Shown piece by piece: positions 59,708-64,000 of a DNA stretch of 64,000 nt (within the stretch, counting starts at the first letter, position 1; each line of letters opens with the position of its first letter). The notes under the pieces are model-generated. The model did no database searches. It was not told the origin of the DNA and saw only the letters and a program-made list of their open reading frames with translations. The DNA is from Verrucomicrobiota bacterium (GTDB lineage Bacteria; Verrucomicrobiota; Verrucomicrobiia; Chthoniobacterales; Terrimicrobiaceae), in assembly GCA_017305195.1 (NCBI GenBank), contig JAFKMU010000049.1, positions 38,638 to 102,637 of the forward strand, given 5' to 3'. The position numbers and the translations under genes are program-made.

Positions 59708-59900
59708 GCGGGATTTCAATCCTCATTTCATTGCAGGAAATCCCCCTTAGGGCGTGCAATGAGCAATGAGGCGCAATGAAACCCGAAACGGGCCTGCAAC
59801 GAACCCGCTTTCCCCTCGTAAAGAGTGAAATGGCCCGGAAACGAGCCGCTGCAAGGAACCGCGATTTTTCGCCCCCTTTCATTTCACCCCCGCACCGCTA
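59708..59900. repeat. Iteron-like repeat cluster B: GCAATGA and TCATTGC motifs in both orientations, a second copy of the 63-bp unit (59771-59833), and an inverted segment of the cluster A 5' end (GGATTTC...GAAATCC).
   Basis: Direct sequence comparison with cluster A. Confidence 0.6.
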
Positions 59901-59945
59901 AGGCTCCGCATTGACCCCGCACCGCGCTTCGCTTATTCCCGTGCG

Positions 59946-60458
59946 ATGCGATTTGCGATCCTTGGTCTTCTTTGTGTTTCTTTGCTTTCCGGCTGCTATG
60001 TCTCGCAGCGCGAACTGGCCGTCCAGATACCCGCCACGGTGCCCGCCGGGACGCAGATCGCGGTGCTGAAACCCGCCGACGCCACGTTTGAATCCGACAA
60101 CTTCCCCGGCTCCGGCGGCGTGGTGGCGGGCAAGCTCACGGCGGCGCTCATCCCGTACTACCCGGGTTCCAGCGTCGTCACCTCCGGCACCCCCGGCGGC
60201 TATGTGGTGAAGCCCCAGCTCCTGCATTGGGAAGACCGCGCCACGGAATGGTCGGGCAAGGCCGACCGCGTGAAGGTCTCGCTCCCGCTCTACCGCGACG
60301 GCAAGCTCATCGGCTCCGCCCTCGTCACGGCGAATAGCAGTTGGTGGACGCTCGGCGGCGACCAGCCCGAGGACCTCATCGACCAACCCTTCGCCGTCTA
60401 CGCCGCCAAACTCGCAGGCCGCCCGGTCAAAGACTCGCTCGTGAAGGTGAAGGAGTAG
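59946..60458 (+). CDS. Putative lipoprotein (170 aa).
   Basis: Signal peptide with an LLSGC lipobox. Confidence 0.5.
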   Translation: MRFAILGLLCVSLLSGCYVSQRELAVQIPATVPAGTQIAVLKPADATFESDNFPGSGGVVAGKLTAALIPYYPGSSVVTSGTPGGYVVKPQLLHWEDRATEWSGKADRVKVSLPLYRDGKLIGSALVTANSSWWTLGGDQPEDLIDQPFAVYAAKLAGRPVKDSLVKVKE

Positions 60459-60655
60459 GGGGGCGTCCCGCGCCGGGCAGCGTTCCGGGCAAAGAAAAAG
60501 AACCGGAGGCCCGGCCTCATGGCTGACAAAGCAACCCCTCGGCGTACGCCCCAGCGGGGGCCTCCGGTCGGGTGATGGTTTAGAGCGCGACAGGCGCTAA
60601 GGCAAGCGCGGCGAAATCGGCTTGGCAGATGGCGCACAAAGTTGAGGCTTAGCGC

Positions 60656-61546
60656 GTGGACAAGACCTTGATCGCAGCCATTGTATTTTGCGCATACATC
60701 CTCCTCCCGTTTGTAGTGGGTACTTTGCTCGTCGTGGTGAAGGGAAAACGAAGCGGAGAGCGGTGGCCTGAGGATTTTAAGCTGTTGCGCGCGCCCGGAG
60801 AGACGCTGCGGCGGAAGATTTTTAAGATGGACGAGAATGTCCCGCAAAACGCCTTGGTCTTTGTTATCGCGCCGTGGCTGCTCGCCGGGTTGATCCTGTG
60901 GGGATTGCCAAAGCTGGGGAAGGGGTTCAATTTGCCTACCATCATTCTTGTGTTTGGTGTGCTGGTCGCTGGACTCGTGGTGAGTTGCTGGTGGGTGTAC
61001 AACCACTTTCTCAAGCGGCACCGTTACCTCCTCGGCTACCTCGGCGAGCGGGCGGTGGGGGAATGGCTCGACACGCTGCCCCGCGAATACCGCGTCTTTC
61101 ACGATGTGCCGGTGGATGAGGGCAAGGGGGCGTTCAACCTCGATCACGTCGTGGTCGGCCCCACGGGGCTCTTTGCCATCGAGACCAAGACCCGGCGCAA
61201 GGGCCGCGCGCGGGAGGGCTTCGCGGATCACAAGGTCTTCTACGACGGGCGGCAACTCATCTGGCCCTGGGCCGAGGACACCCACGGCCTCCAGCAGGCC
61301 ACCAACGAAGCGGAATGGCTCACAAAGTGGATTCGGCAAATGACCGGCCTCGACCTCGCCGCCCGCCCCGTGCTGGCCCTGCCCGGCTGGTGGGTGGAAA
61401 CCCGCACCCCCGGCCCCGTCGCCGTCCACAACCCCAAAAACCTCCCCTCCTACATCCTCGGCAAAGGCACCCGCACCCTCGACCCCCAACAAATCGACCT
61501 CATCGCCCGCCAACTCGACTCCCGCTGCCGCGACGTGCGGGATTGA
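60656..61546 (+). CDS. NERD (nuclease-related domain) protein with an N-terminal double transmembrane region.
   Basis: Two N-terminal TM helices, then GERAVGEWLDTLPREYRVFHDVPV...FNLDHVVVGPTGLFAIETK, a NERD-type PD-(D/E)xK-like pattern. Confidence 0.7.
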   Translation: MDKTLIAAIVFCAYILLPFVVGTLLVVVKGKRSGERWPEDFKLLRAPGETLRRKIFKMDENVPQNALVFVIAPWLLAGLILWGLPKLGKGFNLPTIILVFGVLVAGLVVSCWWVYNHFLKRHRYLLGYLGERAVGEWLDTLPREYRVFHDVPVDEGKGAFNLDHVVVGPTGLFAIETKTRRKGRAREGFADHKVFYDGRQLIWPWAEDTHGLQQATNEAEWLTKWIRQMTGLDLAARPVLALPGWWVETRTPGPVAVHNPKNLPSYILGKGTRTLDPQQIDLIARQLDSRCRDVRD

Positions 61547-61678
61547 GGGGGGCGAGTAACCGCGCAAAACCTCGGGTGGAGGAAATGCGCAGAGCACGCC
61601 TTCGGATTACTGGCTGGCCTGCCGAAGGAACGTATAGCCCCCTTTAGCTAAGCTGATCTGCTGGGGGGAGGAACGAGA

Positions 61679-62548
61679 TTACCGGGTGCGCTGCTTCCGG
61701 GCGCGGCGGAGACCGAGCATGAGCACGGCTCCGGCAGAAACCAAAAGGAAGGTCGAGGGTTCCGGTACGGCATTAAATGTCGAGGTGCCGACGATTGCCC
61801 CCGCATCGCCGCCGCTGTCGTTCACGATCGCATAGGCCGTGTGGGTGCCTGCGGTCAGGTAAACCGTGCCGGTAAACAGCGTGAGCGAACCGAAATCCCC
61901 GTTACCGGAGGTGCCGGGCTGCAAGACATAGGCAGGACTCGAGCCAAAGGGATCCACGACTCCCGGCACCGTGCCGCCGGGTTTGTTGCTGGAGATCTGC
62001 GTGCCGCCTACGACGGTGGCAAAGTTGCCTGCGTGTGTGTTAAACCACGCCTGATCCGAGGAGTTGACGGCTGTCGGCGCGACATAAGCCACCGACCCAT
62101 CGACATTGAATGACATGAAATCATCCCCGGAGCCATAGAAGTTGAAAGTATAGTTATCCGAGACCTCGATGGTGAAGGTTTGCGCCAGGACATAGGAGTA
62201 AGCCTGCCAGTTGCCGAAAGTATAGGCCGAGGCGGAGGAGTTGTCTCGCAGGGTGACCCAATGAGCCCCGCTGCCGTCACCGGCATTGGAGCTTCCCCCG
62301 AGCCAGACGTTTGGCACGGAGCCAGACACGTAGGGCGCGTAAGGAGTCGCATTGATGGCGGGATCCGGCGTCGTAAAGGTCGGCGCGGCGACGAGGGACC
62401 AATGAGCATCCTGCACCCCGGCGCCCGGCGTCTGGTTGTAGCCGGTTGCGAAAATCGTACCTGCTGACGCATTCCCGGCCAGTGTCCCAATGGCCAACGC
62501 AGCGAGAGCTACTGATCGATGCACTCTGGAGAAAACGGGGAAACCCAT
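61679..62548 (-). CDS. Secreted PEP-CTERM-anchored protein rich in Gly/Ser/Thr.
   Basis: Signal peptide, then C-terminal VPEPSTFLLVSAGAVLMLGLRRARKQR (a PEP-CTERM exosortase sorting signal). Confidence 0.65.
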   Translation of the reverse strand: MGFPVFSRVHRSVALAALAIGTLAGNASAGTIFATGYNQTPGAGVQDAHWSLVAAPTFTTPDPAINATPYAPYVSGSVPNVWLGGSSNAGDGSGAHWVTLRDNSSASAYTFGNWQAYSYVLAQTFTIEVSDNYTFNFYGSGDDFMSFNVDGSVAYVAPTAVNSSDQAWFNTHAGNFATVVGGTQISSNKPGGTVPGVVDPFGSSPAYVLQPGTSGNGDFGSLTLFTGTVYLTAGTHTAYAIVNDSGGDAGAIVGTSTFNAVPEPSTFLLVSAGAVLMLGLRRARKQRTR

Positions 62549-62721
62549 ATCGTGAGATATTAGCTGGATTTATACATGCCCCCCGAGATTCCTGACAAGA
62601 CATATTGCGAAGGGAGCGGCGGCACGTGGGGGATTGAGAGGGGGGACAGCAAGAGCCGGGGAATCTCGCGCGCTAAGCTCCCGGGGATTGCCTCCCGCCG
62701 GGGAACACGCTAAGCACATCC

Positions 62722-63702
62722 ATGCGGTTTTGGTGGGTCAACCATAAGAAGACGTTTCGCCACGAGGTGGAGAACGGCTACATTTGGTCCCCGAAACGCA
62801 AACGCAACGGTGCGCTGAATCACTTCTATGAGACCCTGCGCGATGTGCAGCAGGGCGATCTGGTCTTTTCCTTTGCCTCGACCAAAGTCCAGGCCGTCGG
62901 CGTGGCCCGGCAGCCGTGCTATTCCTGCCCAAAGCCCGACGAGTTTGGCAAAGTGGGCGAGGGGTGGAATACTCTCGGCTGGCGCGTGGATGTGGATTTC
63001 ACCCGCTTCCCGAGGCCGCTGCGGGTTAAGGATGCCATCGGGGAGATTCGCCCGCTTTTGACCGAGCGCTATTCGCCGCTGAAGCCCACGGGCGACGGCA
63101 ACCAGAATGCCTACCTCGCGGAGATTCCCCGCACCCTGGCGGAGAAGGTGCTGGCGCTCGCCGACCCGCTCCTGCTCGGCCTCATGGAGAGCGCGCCCGT
63201 CTTGCGGGAGGATTCGCCCAAGGCATCCGCCTTTGAGCCGTCGGTGCTGGTCGAGTGGGAGGAGCAAATCGAGCGCCAGATCGAGGCGACGATCAGCATT
63301 CCCGAGACGACGCGCCGGGCGCTCATCGAGGCCCGCCGGGGGCAGGGGCGCTTCAAGCAGGAGGTGCACCGCTTTGAGCGCGAATGCCGCATCACCCATG
63401 TGGACAATCCCATGCACCTCATCGCCAGCCACATCAAACCGTGGCGCGAATCCTCCGACGCGGAACGCCTCGCCGCAGGCAACGGCCTGCTCCTCACCCC
63501 GTCGATCGACCACCTCTTTGACCGGGGCCTCATCACCTTTGCCGACGACGGCGAGGTGCACGTCTCACCCGTAGCCGCCGAAGACGATTCCCTCCGCAAA
63601 ATGGGCGTCAACCCGCCCATCTTCTCCGGCAAGTTCAACTCCGACCAAAAACACTTCCTCGACTACCACCGCAGCCAGATCTTTCTGAAGTCGGCGGCGT
63701 AG
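62722..63702 (+). CDS. HNH-family endonuclease with an N-terminal PUA/EVE-like putative modified-base reader domain. A candidate modification-dependent (type IV-like) restriction endonuclease.
   Basis: C-terminal HNH_2-type motif (ECRITHVDNPMHLIASHIKPW ... NGLLLTPSIDHLFDRGLITF). The N-terminal FWWVNHKKTF...GYIWSPK region is PUA/EVE-like by pattern only. Confidence 0.6.
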   Translation: MRFWWVNHKKTFRHEVENGYIWSPKRKRNGALNHFYETLRDVQQGDLVFSFASTKVQAVGVARQPCYSCPKPDEFGKVGEGWNTLGWRVDVDFTRFPRPLRVKDAIGEIRPLLTERYSPLKPTGDGNQNAYLAEIPRTLAEKVLALADPLLLGLMESAPVLREDSPKASAFEPSVLVEWEEQIERQIEATISIPETTRRALIEARRGQGRFKQEVHRFERECRITHVDNPMHLIASHIKPWRESSDAERLAAGNGLLLTPSIDHLFDRGLITFADDGEVHVSPVAAEDDSLRKMGVNPPIFSGKFNSDQKHFLDYHRSQIFLKSAA

Positions 63703-63837
63703 TTTTGATGTTATGCTAACCTAAATTAATGGAATTGCTCTGGATGTGGAAAATATTCGCGAGCTAACGAGGAGGTGTGAATACTACAATACCACCCGGG
63801 GGCTAGAGTGGTGTAAATTAGAGATACACGAAATGTT

Positions 63838-64000
63838 ATGAATCAGGAAATAGAGAGGCCAGCATATATTGCTCTGAAAGATGTAGTAACGGAATTTGTT
63901 GAAGGCAGTGTTTCCGGGGCTTTGCTAATTAAAGGGCCTTGGGGTATAGGGAAGACCTGTGCGGTGCGCGAAGCGCTCGGTGTCAAAAGTAATGGGAAGC
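63838..64000 (+). CDS. KAP-family P-loop NTPase, 5' partial (continues beyond the window), in a low-GC segment.
   Basis: N-terminal LLIKGPWGIGKTCAV matches the KAP Walker A G-x-W-G-x-GK-[ST]. Flanking sequence is AT-rich. Confidence 0.5.
   Translation, partial: MNQEIERPAYIALKDVVTEFVEGSVSGALLIKGPWGIGKTCAVREALGVKSNGK

Larger units (their letters stand above)
54524..64000. mobile_element. Putative horizontally acquired genomic island or integrated element that continues past the window end. It holds a replication module (primase + helicase), iteron-like repeats and defence-type genes (NERD, HNH, KAP NTPase).
   Basis: Local GC is clearly lower at 54.5-55.7 kb and 63.7-64.0 kb. It contains plasmid/phage-type replication genes, dense repeats and defence-associated domains. 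No integrase or tRNA lies inside the window. Confidence 0.4.

Overview
This is a high-GC (about 65-70%) bacterial chromosomal segment that is densely packed with housekeeping genes on both strands. The gene content (LptE/BamD/LpxA, TatC, sigma-54, two PEP-CTERM proteins) indicates a diderm bacterium, possibly Verrucomicrobia- or Planctomycetes-like; the lineage is inference only. I saw no rRNA, tRNA or CRISPR arrays.

Recognisable blocks, start to end:
- An outer-membrane-biogenesis operon on the minus strand (bamD-like, lptE-like, rsmI, DUF2752, GYF-domain protein), next to pgsA and der.
- A 5'-3' exonuclease, rpoN (with a sigma-54-type promoter-like motif directly upstream) and mrp/apbC.
- A tightly overlapping pyrR-pyrB-pyrC-tgt operon.
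- A secreted PEP-CTERM protein carrying two pepsin-type DTG motifs.
- lipB, ruvC and a GT9 heptosyltransferase, followed by a fur-family regulator, argH, a Nudix hydrolase, tatC, TauE, MarC, argG and nth.
- A 1040-aa TPR protein.
- A glucosyl-3-phosphoglycerate synthase-like gene with a GT4 glycosyltransferase and a HAD phosphatase, which looks like a compatible-solute cluster.
- nusA, infB, a PBP2-like transpeptidase, a cupin, an SDR, a polyprenyl synthase, radC and lpxA.
- A minus-strand cluster of a LarC-family nickel insertase with a roughly 65-aa His-rich insertion, an SPFH protein, a permease-less ABC ATPase, a G3E (HypB/UreG/CobW-like) GTPase and a binding-protein-like protein. This is a candidate undescribed metallocofactor or nickel-handling system.
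- A fructose PTS locus (DeoR regulator, fruA IIB'BC, fruB IIA-HPr-EI fusion, fruK) plus an OprB porin.
- From about 54.5 kb to the window end, a compositionally patchy region with lower-GC segments, interpreted as a horizontally acquired island.

The island contains an AEP-type primase-like gene translationally coupled to a small upstream ORF, an AAA_25 RepA/DnaB-like ATPase with an HTH, and two iteron-like repeat clusters flanking a small gene. It also contains a NERD-domain membrane protein, a second PEP-CTERM protein, a PUA/EVE-like + HNH endonuclease and a partial KAP-family NTPase. These are defence-island hallmarks, and the island is the most likely site of a novel system.

Many of the long ORFs in the six-frame track are antisense or N-terminally over-extended artefacts of high GC, and I have corrected or rejected them.
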